Both the position numbers and the translations under genes were made by a program. A model generated the notes under the pieces. It ran no database searches. It had not been told where the DNA came from and worked only from the letters and a program-made list of their open reading frames with translations. From an uncultured Nitrospiraceae bacterium (GTDB lineage: Bacteria > Nitrospirota > Thermodesulfovibrionia > Thermodesulfovibrionales > Dissulfurispiraceae): a stretch of 64,000 nt of DNA. The number at the start of each line of letters is the position of its first letter. The first letter of the stretch is position 1. The stretch lies in the NCBI GenBank assembly GCA_963727805.1, contig CAVSHF010000005.1:1056001-1120000 (forward strand), written 5' to 3'. Below are positions 41,475 to 51,317 of this stretch, piece by piece.

Positions 41475-43028
41475 TCATTCCCACTCGATAGTTCCGGGAG
41501 GCTTTGAGGTGATGTCGTAGACTACCCTGTTGACACCGCGCACCTCATTGATGATCCTTCCTGATATCTTGCCGAGAACATCATAAGGTACGTGGGCCCA
41601 ATCGGCAGTCATGCCGTCAAGGCTCGTTACGGCCCGCACGGCAACAACTTTGTCATAAGTCCTTTCATCGCCCATAACCCCTACACTCTGAATGGGCAGT
41701 ATCACCGCAAAAGCCTGCCAAATTTTCTTATACAGACCCGCAATCTTGATCTCTTCAATTACAATCGCATCGGACTCTCTCAGAATTTCGAGGGTGGCTT
41801 CAGTTATGCCGCCGATGCATCTAATGGCGAGACCGGGTCCGGGAAAGGGTTGCCTCCAGCATATCTCTTCGGGGAGCCCCAGTTCCTGGCCGAGGACCCT
41901 AACCTCATCCTTGAAAAGTTCCCTTAGTGGCTCGACAAGTTTGAGTTTCATAACCTCGGGCAGCCCGCCAACGTTATGATGGCTCTTGATAACTGCCGAA
42001 GGCCCTTTGAATGATACGCTCTCAATCACATCGGGATAGAGTGTTCCTTGGGCGAGGAATTCGGCATCCTGTATCTTCTTCGCTTCCTCTTCAAAAATAG
42101 CGATAAATTCATTGCCGATGATCTTCCTCTTTTTCTCAGGATCGGACACTCCCGCGAGTCTTTCGAGGAATCTCCTTCTTGCATCCACGAAATCGAGTTT
42201 AATGTGAAAATGGTCTTGGAAGGTCTTCCGGACCTTTTCGGCCTCTCCCTTCCGGAGAAGACCATTGTCGACAAAGATACAGGTAAGATTGTCGCCGATC
42301 GCCCTGTGGATTAGGAGAGCTACCACAGAAGAGTCAACCCCTCCGCTCAGTGCGCATATCACCTTTTTATCGTTGACTTCAGAACGGATATTCGCTATGG
42401 ACCATTCGATGAACGAGGCCATTTCCCAGGTAGGTTTGCACTGGCATATTTCGAATACGAAATTCTGCAATACCCTCATGCCTTCGTCGGTATGGGCCAC
42501 TTCAGGATGGAACTGAAGGGCATAAAATTTCCGCTCTTTGTCCGCCATTGCCGCAACCGGCGAGTTGTCCGTATGCCCTATAATGGCGAACCCTTCGGGC
42601 ATTATCTCGATCCTATCGCCGTGGCTCATCCAGACCTTGGACTTCTGAGAAAGTCCCCACAGAAGGTCAGTTTCGTCGTCGACCAACAGCATCGCTCTTC
42701 CATATTCCCTCTTAGCCGCGCGTGTGACTTCGCCGCCGAGAGAGTGGGCCATCAATTGCATGCCGTAGCAAATACCGAACACAGGGACGCCTAAGTTAAA
42801 TATTGCCAGATCGCAGATAGGTGCATTTTTATCATAGATACTCGAAGGACCCCCTGAGAGGATTATTCCCTTTGGCGCAAATGCCCTGATCTTTTCAATC
42901 GGGGCATTATAGGGGAAAATCTCTGAGTAAACTTTATTCTCTCTTATTCTTCGCGCAATAAGCTGGGTGTACTGGGATCCAAAATCGAGGACCAGTATCT
43001 TTTCCGTTAACGGGACGGCGAGTTCCAT
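41475..43028 (-). CDS. guaA: GMP synthase (glutamine-hydrolysing)
   Basis: [29 protein letters not shown] and KPPGTIEWE. Confidence 0.99.
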   Translation of the reverse strand: MELAVPLTEKILVLDFGSQYTQLIARRIRENKVYSEIFPYNAPIEKIRAFAPKGIILSGGPSSIYDKNAPICDLAIFNLGVPVFGICYGMQLMAHSLGGEVTRAAKREYGRAMLLVDDETDLLWGLSQKSKVWMSHGDRIEIMPEGFAIIGHTDNSPVAAMADKERKFYALQFHPEVAHTDEGMRVLQNFVFEICQCKPTWEMASFIEWSIANIRSEVNDKKVICALSGGVDSSVVALLIHRAIGDNLTCIFVDNGLLRKGEAEKVRKTFQDHFHIKLDFVDARRRFLERLAGVSDPEKKRKIIGNEFIAIFEEEAKKIQDAEFLAQGTLYPDVIESVSFKGPSAVIKSHHNVGGLPEVMKLKLVEPLRELFKDEVRVLGQELGLPEEICWRQPFPGPGLAIRCIGGITEATLEILRESDAIVIEEIKIAGLYKKIWQAFAVILPIQSVGVMGDERTYDKVVAVRAVTSLDGMTADWAHVPYDVLGKISGRIINEVRGVNRVVYDITSKPPGTIEWE

Positions 43029-43045
43029 TATTATTCGGTCCGCCT

Positions 43046-44506
43046 TTATTGCTCTATCCGGTAGTTAGGAGCTTCCTTCGTGATGATGACATCATGCACG
43101 TGGCTTTCCCTAAGGCCGGCGTTAGTGATCTGGATAAAGCGCGCGTTCTTTCGCATCTCTTCGAGCGTCCTGCAGCCGCAGTAGCCCATTCCTGAACGAA
43201 GACCGCCAACAAGCTGGTGAATGCTGCTGGAGATCGGCCCCTTGTAAGGAACACGACCCTCGACGCCTTCCGGTACAAGCTTATCTTTCTCGACGCCTTC
43301 CTGGCCATAGCGATCTTTGGCCCCCTGCTGCATAGCGCCGATCGATCCCATGCCGCGATAAGTTTTATAGCTCCTTCCCTGATAGAGGATGACCTCGCCG
43401 GGAGATTCATCGGTGCCCGCAAAGAGACTGCCGATCATGACACAGTGCGCTCCCGCGGCGATGGCCTTTGATACATCTCCTGAATACTTGATACCTCCGT
43501 CGGCGATGAGGGGAACATTCGACTTGGAGGAGATGCTATGACAATTCCTGATTGCAGTCAACTGGGGAACGCCCGCGCCAGCAACAATTCTCGTAGTGCA
43601 AATAGATCCCGGACCAATACCGATCTTGACCGCGTCAGCACCGGCCTTGATGAGTTCGTCCGTAGCCTCGGCAGTAGCAATGTTCCCGGCTATGACCTCT
43701 ATATCGAACTTCTTTTTTATTTCCTTAAGGGTGTTTATGACACCTTTTGAATGGCCGTGAGCTGTATCGATAGCGATAATATCGACGCCCGCCTTAACCA
43801 GGAGTTCCGCACGATAAAGCGCATTCTCGCCAACTCCCACAGCAGCGCCTACCCTGAGTCTTCCCATCAAATCCTTGCAGGCATGCGGATACTTTCTTCT
43901 CTTCTCGATATCTTTTATAGTGATAAGGCCCTTCAGGTTGAATTCATCGTCGACTATTGGCAGCTTCTCAATCTTATATCGATTCAGAATGTCCTTGGCC
44001 TCTTCGAGCGTCGTGCCTCCAGCTGCGGTAATCAGCTTTTCGTGTGTCATGACCTCAGAAACCTTTTTCTTTTCGTTCGTCTCGAACCTGAGGTCCCTGT
44101 TTGTCAGAATGCCAACGAGCTTTCCCTTCGTGGTAACGGGAACGCCGGAAATCTTGTAGCGTGACATGAGGACCATAGCGTCAGCGATGGGGGCATCGGG
44201 GGCGATCGTGATGGGGTCGACAATCATTCCACTCTCGGATTTCTTGACCTTGTCCACTTCGAGGGCCTGCTTCTGCGGGGACATGGCCCGGTGCATAATG
44301 CCAAGACCGCCCTCGCGGGCGATAGCGATTGCAAGACTCGCGTCGGTGACCGTATCCATCGCGGCACTGATAATTGGGACGTTCAACCTGATATTCTTCG
44401 TCAGGTTAGTGCTTACGTCGACCTCCCCCGGCAAGACATCGGATTTGGCAGGTAATAACAGAACATCATCGAATGTTAACCCAAGCGGTAAATCATCGGT
44501 AAGCAT
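43046..44506 (-). CDS. guaB: IMP dehydrogenase
   Basis: [12 protein letters not shown] pair, [10 protein letters not shown] and YRGMGS. Confidence 0.99.
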   Translation of the reverse strand: MLTDDLPLGLTFDDVLLLPAKSDVLPGEVDVSTNLTKNIRLNVPIISAAMDTVTDASLAIAIAREGGLGIMHRAMSPQKQALEVDKVKKSESGMIVDPITIAPDAPIADAMVLMSRYKISGVPVTTKGKLVGILTNRDLRFETNEKKKVSEVMTHEKLITAAGGTTLEEAKDILNRYKIEKLPIVDDEFNLKGLITIKDIEKRRKYPHACKDLMGRLRVGAAVGVGENALYRAELLVKAGVDIIAIDTAHGHSKGVINTLKEIKKKFDIEVIAGNIATAEATDELIKAGADAVKIGIGPGSICTTRIVAGAGVPQLTAIRNCHSISSKSNVPLIADGGIKYSGDVSKAIAAGAHCVMIGSLFAGTDESPGEVILYQGRSYKTYRGMGSIGAMQQGAKDRYGQEGVEKDKLVPEGVEGRVPYKGPISSSIHQLVGGLRSGMGYCGCRTLEEMRKNARFIQITNAGLRESHVHDVIITKEAPNYRIEQ

Positions 44507-44580
44507 AGACCCAACCCCTTTAGAATTTTAAACTAAATTATACCATTTCCGGATCGAAAGAATGAATATTTCAGTGATAT

Positions 44581-45015
44581 TCAGACCTTGAGTAGCGCCA
44601 GGCCTGAAAGAGGGTCAAGTTCCCTTACAGCGTTCACCCCTTTGATCTCCATGATGATCGCTTCCAAGACGAGGAATGTCTCCGCATTCTGGCGCATGCA
44701 GCCGGCAAGGACTTTGTCGCGCTTGGCGTAGGCGCCGTGAAAGTGAATCTTCGGCTCTTCTCCCTGCCAGAAGATTGTCCCTATGCCGACGATCTCGTGA
44801 CTCTCATCGAGTTCCCTCCAGACGGGAACCGGTGGCATCGCTTCCGTTTCCGGGCCGACCACGAACCTCCCTTTTTTCATACCTCCAACGAGATAAAGAA
44901 CGCCTGCCCGTATATTTTCTTTTCTGACGACATCATTCAATCCATCGAGGATGTTGTCGCCGTCATCGAAACGCGCAACTAGTACCCTTCCAAGTTCGCC
45001 TGTCTGATATTTCAT
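44581..45015 (-). CDS. PPC/DUF296 domain protein
   Basis: R...GD.I....; E..G.GTI; P.IHFH motif. Confidence 0.8.
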   Translation of the reverse strand: MKYQTGELGRVLVARFDDGDNILDGLNDVVRKENIRAGVLYLVGGMKKGRFVVGPETEAMPPVPVWRELDESHEIVGIGTIFWQGEEPKIHFHGAYAKRDKVLAGCMRQNAETFLVLEAIIMEIKGVNAVRELDPLSGLALLKV

Positions 45016-46031
45016 AAGGCCTCCGTTACTGCCTTAAAGACTTGTTCGACTAATATCCCTTTCATGCACTTCAGATCTCTACACTTTCTCTTATAGCATG
45101 GTGCGCATGCGAGATCGGACTTTAGGATTATATTTTTCGTCCCATAAGGTCCAGTCCTTGCCGGATTTGTCGGCCCGAAAATCGCGACAACCGGAATGCC
45201 ACAGGCGGCAGCGATATGCATAGGTCCCGAGTCGTTGGTGACGACACATTTCGCACCTCTGATAAGCCAAATCAAATCCATGATATTGGTTTGTCCTGCC
45301 ATCGATAACGCCTTGCCTTTACTTTGTTCTTGTATCTTTTCCGAGAGCGATCGTTCAGCAGAACCACCCACAATAATACTCTTTGTCTGAAGTAAAGAGG
45401 CTAGGGTTACAAAATTTTCGGCGGGCCACTTCTTCGTCTCCCATCGTGCGCCGGGCACGATAACAATATAGTCTTCCCTATCGCTTCTCAGCAGCCGAAT
45501 CTTTTCGGATTCCTTGATCAATGGCAGAGGAAACTGCACCTTGCCGGTGTCACCTCCAAGTGCCCGGACCACCTTAAGATATCTGTCAACAGCATGAATA
45601 TCTCTGCCACCCTCTATCCTATGAGTGTAAAACAGTGAACTTCCCTCCCGGGCTTCCTTGAACCCGATTCGTATCGGAGCACCCGTTGCTTTGGCTATCA
45701 GGCCGCTTCTCATAAGCCCCTGGAGGTCGATTACGATATCATAATCTTCACCCTTGAGCCCCTTCACAAGCCAGCCCATTTCGGAGAGTGTGCCTTTGAT
45801 CTTTCCTAAGTGCTTCCATCTATCCTTATTTATGATCCAAAGTTTACTGACCATAGGGTTACCTTCAAGAATACCTTCAATGCCTTTTGCGATTACCCAG
45901 TGGATTTTTGCAAAAGGAAAGTGTTCACTCAAAGCGTAAAGAAAAGGAAGGCTATGGACAACATCGCCGAGCGAGCTCGGCTTAATAACGAGGATCTTAC
46001 GAGGGATATTATTTATCTCTACTCTTTCCAT
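45012..46031 (-). CDS. waaC: LPS heptosyltransferase (GT9, WaaC-like)
   Basis: KPSSLGDVVH, DLQGL.RS and NDSGPMHIAAA..FGPT. Confidence 0.75.
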   Translation of the reverse strand: MERVEINNIPRKILVIKPSSLGDVVHSLPFLYALSEHFPFAKIHWVIAKGIEGILEGNPMVSKLWIINKDRWKHLGKIKGTLSEMGWLVKGLKGEDYDIVIDLQGLMRSGLIAKATGAPIRIGFKEAREGSSLFYTHRIEGGRDIHAVDRYLKVVRALGGDTGKVQFPLPLIKESEKIRLLRSDREDYIVIVPGARWETKKWPAENFVTLASLLQTKSIIVGGSAERSLSEKIQEQSKGKALSMAGQTNIMDLIWLIRGAKCVVTNDSGPMHIAAACGIPVVAIFGPTNPARTGPYGTKNIILKSDLACAPCYKRKCRDLKCMKGILVEQVFKAVTEAL

Positions 46032-47551
46032 ATCTGTATATATTTTACCGCAGAATCAAGGTCATCGACAATTGTGTCGGCGTAATCGGATTCATTCTGT
46101 TGCCCTGTCCTTACAAGCACTCCCCGGGCGCCTACCGCCCTGGCAAGAAGCATATCGGCATCCTTATCGCCCACGACAAAAGATCTCTTCAGGTCGATTC
46201 CATATGCGGCCCTCGCCTTATAAAGCATCTCGGGCTGCGGTTTCCGGCAAGGACAATTATCGCTTGGGGCATGGGGGCAATAGTAGAAATCGGTGAAGCC
46301 GTAAGTATCAACGAACAGCTTGTTAACCTCCTTCACAAAACCTTCTTGAATAATTCCCTTGGCGACGCCCGACTGGTTACTAACCCCAATCAGGTCAAAT
46401 CCCCATTCTCTTAGCGACTTCAGCCTCTCAACCCCGGGCAGTATTTTTAAGTCGTCCCACTTGTTCAGATAGTCGGCATCCTTGCAGAGTGTGCCGTCCC
46501 TATCGAAAAAGACAGCCCTCTTTGTTGGCAGCAAGTTCTTAATTTTTTCATAGACATTCTCTGATGTCAGAGCAAACATGCATCGTATATAATCCTTGTC
46601 ACAACTCCTCTGGAAGCAGGGACTGCAGTCCATATCGGCATTGATTACAGCATGGCCCTCTCCGACCGGACCTGTAAGTTTAGCCGATGTGGAGCCGAAG
46701 ATCGCTACGAGGGGAGTTCCAACGGCGTAGGCAATATGCATGGGGCCCGAATCATTGGTGACAAACACGTCACATTCCGAAATCAGTGCGCTAAGCTCTC
46801 GCAAAGAGGTTCTTCCCGCAAGAAGGAGTTTGTTCATCGGAACCTGCTTATAAATCTCTTCCGCTATGGAAGTCTCGTTCGTTCCGCCAAAGATAACGAC
46901 GCTGCCGCTCGTCTCCTTGATGAACCAGCCTGCAACCTCAGCAAATCGCTCCGGAAGCCATCTCTTGGAGGAGCCGTATGTGGCACCCGGGTTGATGCCC
47001 AGTACGGGACGCTTCAATTTAGACAATCGCTCACGGCCTGCAAGCTTCTCTTCAAGCGTCACCCGCAGCCATGGGGGTGAATATTCCGCATTGATTCCGG
47101 CTGCAGTCAAGAGGTTAAGGTAATAGTTAATATGATGGATTTCGCGATCCTGATTTATATAGTGGACAGGCTTTGTCAGAAGGAACTTCCTGCGGTCCCG
47201 ATCATACCCGATCCTCTCCGGGATGCCGGCGAGAAAAGCGATGAGAGCGGCACCGAAGGCATTTTGGAGAAGTATCGCCCGGGCAAACTGCTTCCTTTTT
47301 AACATAGTTGCGAGGCGAAGTTTTCCGATGGTTCCACGATATCGATCCTCGTACAGAATTACTTCATCGATATCCGGACTGTTTTCGAAAAGAGGCGCGA
47401 CTAAGGGTTTGACCAGCAGGCTGATTTGCGCTTTGGGGTTCGACTTCCTGATCGCTTTAAGCGCAGGCAGAGTCATCACTGCGTCGCCGATCCAGTTGAC
47501 TCCCCTGACAAGGATCTTTTCCGTTTTCTTTTCCGTTCCCTTCACCTCCAC
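46019..47551 (-). CDS. waaF: LPS heptosyltransferase II fused to a heptose-1,7-bisphosphate phosphatase (GmhB) domain
   Basis: NWIGDAVM, NPGATYGSSKRW and NDSGPMH; C-terminal HAD FFDRDGTL, SNQSG, CPH....C.CRKP and GDK..D. Confidence 0.9.
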   Translation of the reverse strand: MEVKGTEKKTEKILVRGVNWIGDAVMTLPALKAIRKSNPKAQISLLVKPLVAPLFENSPDIDEVILYEDRYRGTIGKLRLATMLKRKQFARAILLQNAFGAALIAFLAGIPERIGYDRDRRKFLLTKPVHYINQDREIHHINYYLNLLTAAGINAEYSPPWLRVTLEEKLAGRERLSKLKRPVLGINPGATYGSSKRWLPERFAEVAGWFIKETSGSVVIFGGTNETSIAEEIYKQVPMNKLLLAGRTSLRELSALISECDVFVTNDSGPMHIAYAVGTPLVAIFGSTSAKLTGPVGEGHAVINADMDCSPCFQRSCDKDYIRCMFALTSENVYEKIKNLLPTKRAVFFDRDGTLCKDADYLNKWDDLKILPGVERLKSLREWGFDLIGVSNQSGVAKGIIQEGFVKEVNKLFVDTYGFTDFYYCPHAPSDNCPCRKPQPEMLYKARAAYGIDLKRSFVVGDKDADMLLARAVGARGVLVRTGQQNESDYADTIVDDLDSAVKYIQIWKE

Positions 47552-47591
47552 CCTGATATTTTACCATTTCGACTGTGAGGCTTTCCTTTCA

Positions 47592-47996
47592 CTATGACAT
47601 GCAAGCTGCGTTTAGTATCCCGGCGGCCAGGGAAAGGGTGCCGAGGAATAACCCCTGTGAGACGATCCCTTCCCTTATCTCATCGACTAATTTCTTAAAC
47701 AGTGACTTTACGAGAAGAAAGACAAGTATCTGTACAATGAGGGCTACTATTCCCCAGAGAATCATGTCGAAAAAATTCACACTGTGGATGATTGCGCTCG
47801 CAAGAGGGATGATGAAGCCAAACAGGGCGCCGCTTAAACTGTATACCGCAGCGGCATTCCCATGGTCTATGAGGTCGAATTCCTTATACGGGGTTACCCT
47901 CACATAGATGACCAGGAAAAAGGCGGTCAATACTATGGCAGAAACAAAATAGACAAGAAATTTAACGATACCGGGAATCTGCGCAGTAATTTCCAT
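47592..47996 (-). CDS. DUF350 (YjfL-like) membrane protein
   Basis: IY..VTPY.EF.LI..GN.AA and GILNAACM. Confidence 0.88.
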   Translation of the reverse strand: MEITAQIPGIVKFLVYFVSAIVLTAFFLVIYVRVTPYKEFDLIDHGNAAAVYSLSGALFGFIIPLASAIIHSVNFFDMILWGIVALIVQILVFLLVKSLFKKLVDEIREGIVSQGLFLGTLSLAAGILNAACMS

Positions 47997-48021
47997 CGTT
48001 CCTCCTTTTACGCTTCCTTAT

Positions 48022-49152
48022 TCAGATGAAATAATGCGGCACAAAATTGCTCGTATTTATTGTCACCGGATTCATGTCCTCCCGTATGCCGATGCCCGAA
48101 GCCAGTCCATTGATAATCCATGAGCCTACAACAGCATAACGTCCTTTAAACTCAGGTAATTCCTGCACTGCCTGATAGACATATCCTTCACTTCCGTAGG
48201 TACCATCGGTAACGACCTGTGCGCCTTCCCTTCTCAGTTCGATATTAGCTCCCTCGCGTGACAAAAGTGGTTTTTTAATGAAGTTATTTCCGAGTGGGGA
48301 CTGATCAAAGTAACAGGGGAGCAAATTTTTATGCCCAGAGTACATCTTCCAGAGAATCGGCAGTATTCCTTTATTCGAAAGGACCATCTTCCATGCCGGT
48401 TCAAATAAGGTAACACAATCCGGCCTAATATATTTCCCAAAATCGTCCTTGAGGAGCCATTCCCACGGGTAGAGCTTGAACATAAAATCGATCGCCGCTT
48501 CTTCCAAATCGACAAACTTCCCCCTATCAGCATTGAAGCCAATGTCCTCGACATAAATATGTTGAGTATCAATCCCTGCCTGGCCTGCCACATCGCGCAT
48601 GTATTCGACGGTAACCAAGTCTTCCTCATGATCTTTCACGTTACTGAAATAGAGCCTCGAACCGATAAACATCTTCCTTTTCACGGAATAGAAGGCATCG
48701 AGAAGCTTCTCATGGATGGAGTTGAACTGGTCATAGTGAGGGAACATCTCTTCGAGCCAGACCCATTGGGCGATGCTCGCTTCATAGAGGGAGGTCGGCG
48801 TATCGGCGTTATATTCTAAGAGTTTTGGCTCTCCCTTACCGTCGTATGAGAAGTCGAACCTCCCATAGATACTAAAGTCCTCACGTCGCCAAGACTCCTT
48901 AACAAGATCTGCCGCCTGTTCATTGATGCCGATGGTTCGAAAAATATTTTTGGAGATAACATATTCGACGGCCTTGAGGCACATAGCGTGGAGTTCCTGT
49001 GTAACCTCTTCGAGATGGTCTATCTGTTCGGCTGAAAACTCGTAACAGACACCTTCACTCCAGTATTCTCCTTCCATAGAGTGAAATGAGAATCCGAGTT
49101 TCTCAAACTTGTTCCGCCAATCGGGGCGCTGCGGCACCTCCAGACGCTTCAT
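48022..49152 (-). CDS. Glutathionylspermidine synthase-like ATP-grasp ligase (YgiC/YjfC family)
   Basis: YGRFDF, KLLEYNADTPTSL.E, QFNSIHE, FKLYPWE, EPAWK..LSNK and KP..SREG.N. Confidence 0.93.
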   Translation of the reverse strand: MKRLEVPQRPDWRNKFEKLGFSFHSMEGEYWSEGVCYEFSAEQIDHLEEVTQELHAMCLKAVEYVISKNIFRTIGINEQAADLVKESWRREDFSIYGRFDFSYDGKGEPKLLEYNADTPTSLYEASIAQWVWLEEMFPHYDQFNSIHEKLLDAFYSVKRKMFIGSRLYFSNVKDHEEDLVTVEYMRDVAGQAGIDTQHIYVEDIGFNADRGKFVDLEEAAIDFMFKLYPWEWLLKDDFGKYIRPDCVTLFEPAWKMVLSNKGILPILWKMYSGHKNLLPCYFDQSPLGNNFIKKPLLSREGANIELRREGAQVVTDGTYGSEGYVYQAVQELPEFKGRYAVVGSWIINGLASGIGIREDMNPVTINTSNFVPHYFI

Positions 49153-49529
49153 TACGAGCCACCGCCGTGTAAGAAGGATGCGGCACCGAATCCCCCCCTG
49201 ACTGTTCTCGACGACGTGATCGAGGAGACCGCGTTAGTAGAATGCAGACCCGGCCTCATGTTATATGCTCCTTGCGTGGGCCTTGTCTCGACCGGCGTCT
49301 CGTAGCCCCTTGGGAAATACCACGGCCTGCCACCGTAATAATAGTAGTGCGGTCCGTAATAACCGGCGCCTGACGTGTCAGGCTCACATTCACTGCTACC
49401 CCAGTCATTTGCGCACGCATCCTTTGAGGCATAAATATCCCTCTGGGTCTTCTGATCTGTTCCGCAGCCCGATGCTGCGATGCAAGCTGATGCAATAAGC
49501 GTGAGGGCAATCCTCCGTGATTTCTTCAT
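49152..49529 (-). CDS. Lipoprotein, YgiB/YjfM (DUF1190)-like, with RGGFG tail
   Basis: Lipobox ASGC; Y.S...C..DWG...C; C-terminal SSRTVRGGFG...GGGS; adjacent to the GSP-synthase-like gene. Confidence 0.8.
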   Translation of the reverse strand: MKKSRRIALTLIASACIAASGCGTDQKTQRDIYASKDACANDWGSSECEPDTSGAGYYGPHYYYYGGRPWYFPRGYETPVETRPTQGAYNMRPGLHSTNAVSSITSSRTVRGGFGAASFLHGGGS

Positions 49530-49739
49530 TCTTACCTTCCAACGCTATTTGGCTGCGTGAATCGAGGAGAAATAGTTCTCTTCGCTAATCATACCTTATC
49601 GCTAGATGCTTCTCAAGAGTATTCTCATCACTAAACGTCTAACAAGAAGATCCAAGAAATTATTACTCAGCTTTTGGATTAATAGCTCCTTTTTGATATA
49701 CCTCTATCAGGATTCGGTCAAGCGGATTTGCCAGGCTGC

Positions 49740-49797
49740 TTGACAAAGTGAGTATTAAAATATAATAATTTCTTGTTAATAATTGTTCTAGTTATAA
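49740..49797 (+). promoter_or_regulatory. Promoter with AT-rich Fur/Per-box-like repeats upstream of perR
   Basis: TTGACA at 49740; TATAATAATT and TAATAATTG..TTATAA motifs resemble the Per box TTATAATnATTATAA. Confidence 0.5.
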
Positions 49798-49814
49798 GAG
49801 GAGGGCCATCTGCT

Positions 49815-50333
49815 ATGCAAAAATACAAAGATTTGGGCTTGAAATTGACACCCCAGCGGCTGTCGATACTTGCTTTTCTTGAAGGAAATAAAGATCACCC
49901 TACAGCTGAAGAAATATATAGACATATTTCGAGAAATTTTTCAACTATGTCTTTTGCAACCGTGTATAAAACCCTTGAAACTCTCAAACAGCACGGACGG
50001 TTAACAGAGATTACGATCGATCCAGAGAAAAGGCATTTCGATCCTAACACTGAGCGGCACCACCATATTATCTGTTCGAAATGCAAAAGGATCGCTGACA
50101 TATTTGTTAAATTCGATCTCACACTCCCTGAAAATGATGTGCAGGGCTTTGAAGTTACAGGCAGTCATGTTGAGTTTTACGGGCTCTGTCCCAAATGTAA
50201 AGAAGAAAGTATGAAGGAGGTCAACGATATTGCGGTCTTTAAATGTTCAATATGCGGGACCTCCAAAGAAGGAAAGGTCAAGCCCCGGAAATGCCCAAAA
50301 TGTAGCGAGAAAGGCGCAATGCAGAAATGCTGA
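49815..50333 (+). CDS. perR: Fur-family peroxide regulator (PerR-like) with C-terminal rubredoxin-like extension
   Basis: LTPQR, HPTAEEIY, ATVYKTL, HHHIICSKC and GLCPKC; extra FKCSICG...KPRKCPKC; followed by ahpC, fprA and rbr. Confidence 0.85.
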   Translation: MQKYKDLGLKLTPQRLSILAFLEGNKDHPTAEEIYRHISRNFSTMSFATVYKTLETLKQHGRLTEITIDPEKRHFDPNTERHHHIICSKCKRIADIFVKFDLTLPENDVQGFEVTGSHVEFYGLCPKCKEESMKEVNDIAVFKCSICGTSKEGKVKPRKCPKCSEKGAMQKC

Positions 50334-50404
50334 GTCAATAGACGTTACCGGCGAAAGAAATAGTATAGACTGTTTCATTCGAATCAAAAAATAAGGAGGT
50401 TGTT

Positions 50405-51019
50405 ATGGAAGATGTTTGTTGCGGGTGTTTAGGAGTGGGCCAGTCAGTACCCGATTTTGAGATCGAGACTTTTGAGCCCGAGACAGGGAAATTTGGAAAA
50501 TTCAGCCTAGCTAAGACCATGAAAGCGAAGAAATGGACTATTCTTTTCTTTTATCCGGCGGACTTTACATTTATATGCCCGACGGAACTTGCCGACTTGG
50601 CCGACAAACAGCAGACGCTCAAGAAGCTCGGCTGCGAGATCGTTTCGGTAAGCACGGACACAAAGTTTGTTCACTACGGCTGGTTTAATCAGGAGAAACT
50701 GCTTGAAAAAGTGAAATATCATATGGGTGCTGACCAGAAAGGAGATATCGCAACCCTTTTTGGCGTCTATGACGAAGAAAGCGGTCTTGCCCTCAGAGGA
50801 ACATTTATCATCGATCCTGACGGTAAACTCGTTGCTTCTGAGGTAAATTACTTCAATGTCGGAAGGAATTCCGACGAGCTTCTGCGCAAGGTTAAGGCCT
50901 TCCAGTATGTGCGGCAAAACCCGGCAGAGGTATGTCCCGCAAAATGGGAACTGGGCGCCAAAACCCTCAAGCCTTCAGAAAAGATCGTGGGGAAGATTTC
51001 GGAGGCGCTTCAAAAATAA
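50405..51019 (+). CDS. ahpC: 2-Cys peroxiredoxin
   Basis: FFYPADFTFICPTE, RGTFIIDP and EVCPAKW. Confidence 0.94.
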   Translation: MEDVCCGCLGVGQSVPDFEIETFEPETGKFGKFSLAKTMKAKKWTILFFYPADFTFICPTELADLADKQQTLKKLGCEIVSVSTDTKFVHYGWFNQEKLLEKVKYHMGADQKGDIATLFGVYDEESGLALRGTFIIDPDGKLVASEVNYFNVGRNSDELLRKVKAFQYVRQNPAEVCPAKWELGAKTLKPSEKIVGKISEALQK

Positions 51020-51061
51020 TTGAGTGCCGCACTAAGGAAACTGTAGAAAGGAGAATCAGCG

Positions 51062-51196
51062 ATGACAAACATTGGGCAAAAGTACAAATGCAGCGTCTGT
51101 ACTAATGAGGTGGTCGTGACTAAAGACGGTGTCGGGGTACTCTCATGCTGCGGCCGGCCGATGGACAAAATCGGCGAAGGATTTGAGTGTAAGTAG
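51062..51196 (+). CDS. Stand-alone desulforedoxin (FeS4 domain), 44 aa
   Basis: MTNIGQKYKCSVCTNEVVVTKDGVGVLSCCGRPMDKIGEGFECK; CxxC...CCG.PM signature; AAGGAG SD; below the ORF-track cutoff. Confidence 0.9.
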   Translation: MTNIGQKYKCSVCTNEVVVTKDGVGVLSCCGRPMDKIGEGFECK

Positions 51197-51221
51197 TCTT
51201 TTGTATAAACTACCAGTATGA

Positions 51222-51266
51222 AGAAAGTATCCGGGCCGGCAGATCATTGCCGGCTCTGATTTTTCT
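51222..51266 (+). terminator. Hairpin/terminator after desulforedoxin
   Basis: GGGCCGGCA-GATCAT-TGCCGGCTC followed by a T-rich tail. Confidence 0.55.
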
Positions 51267-51317
51267 CTGCAACCATAATGCACAGGACAGGATTTATTAC
51301 ATATTGATGGAGGCATA

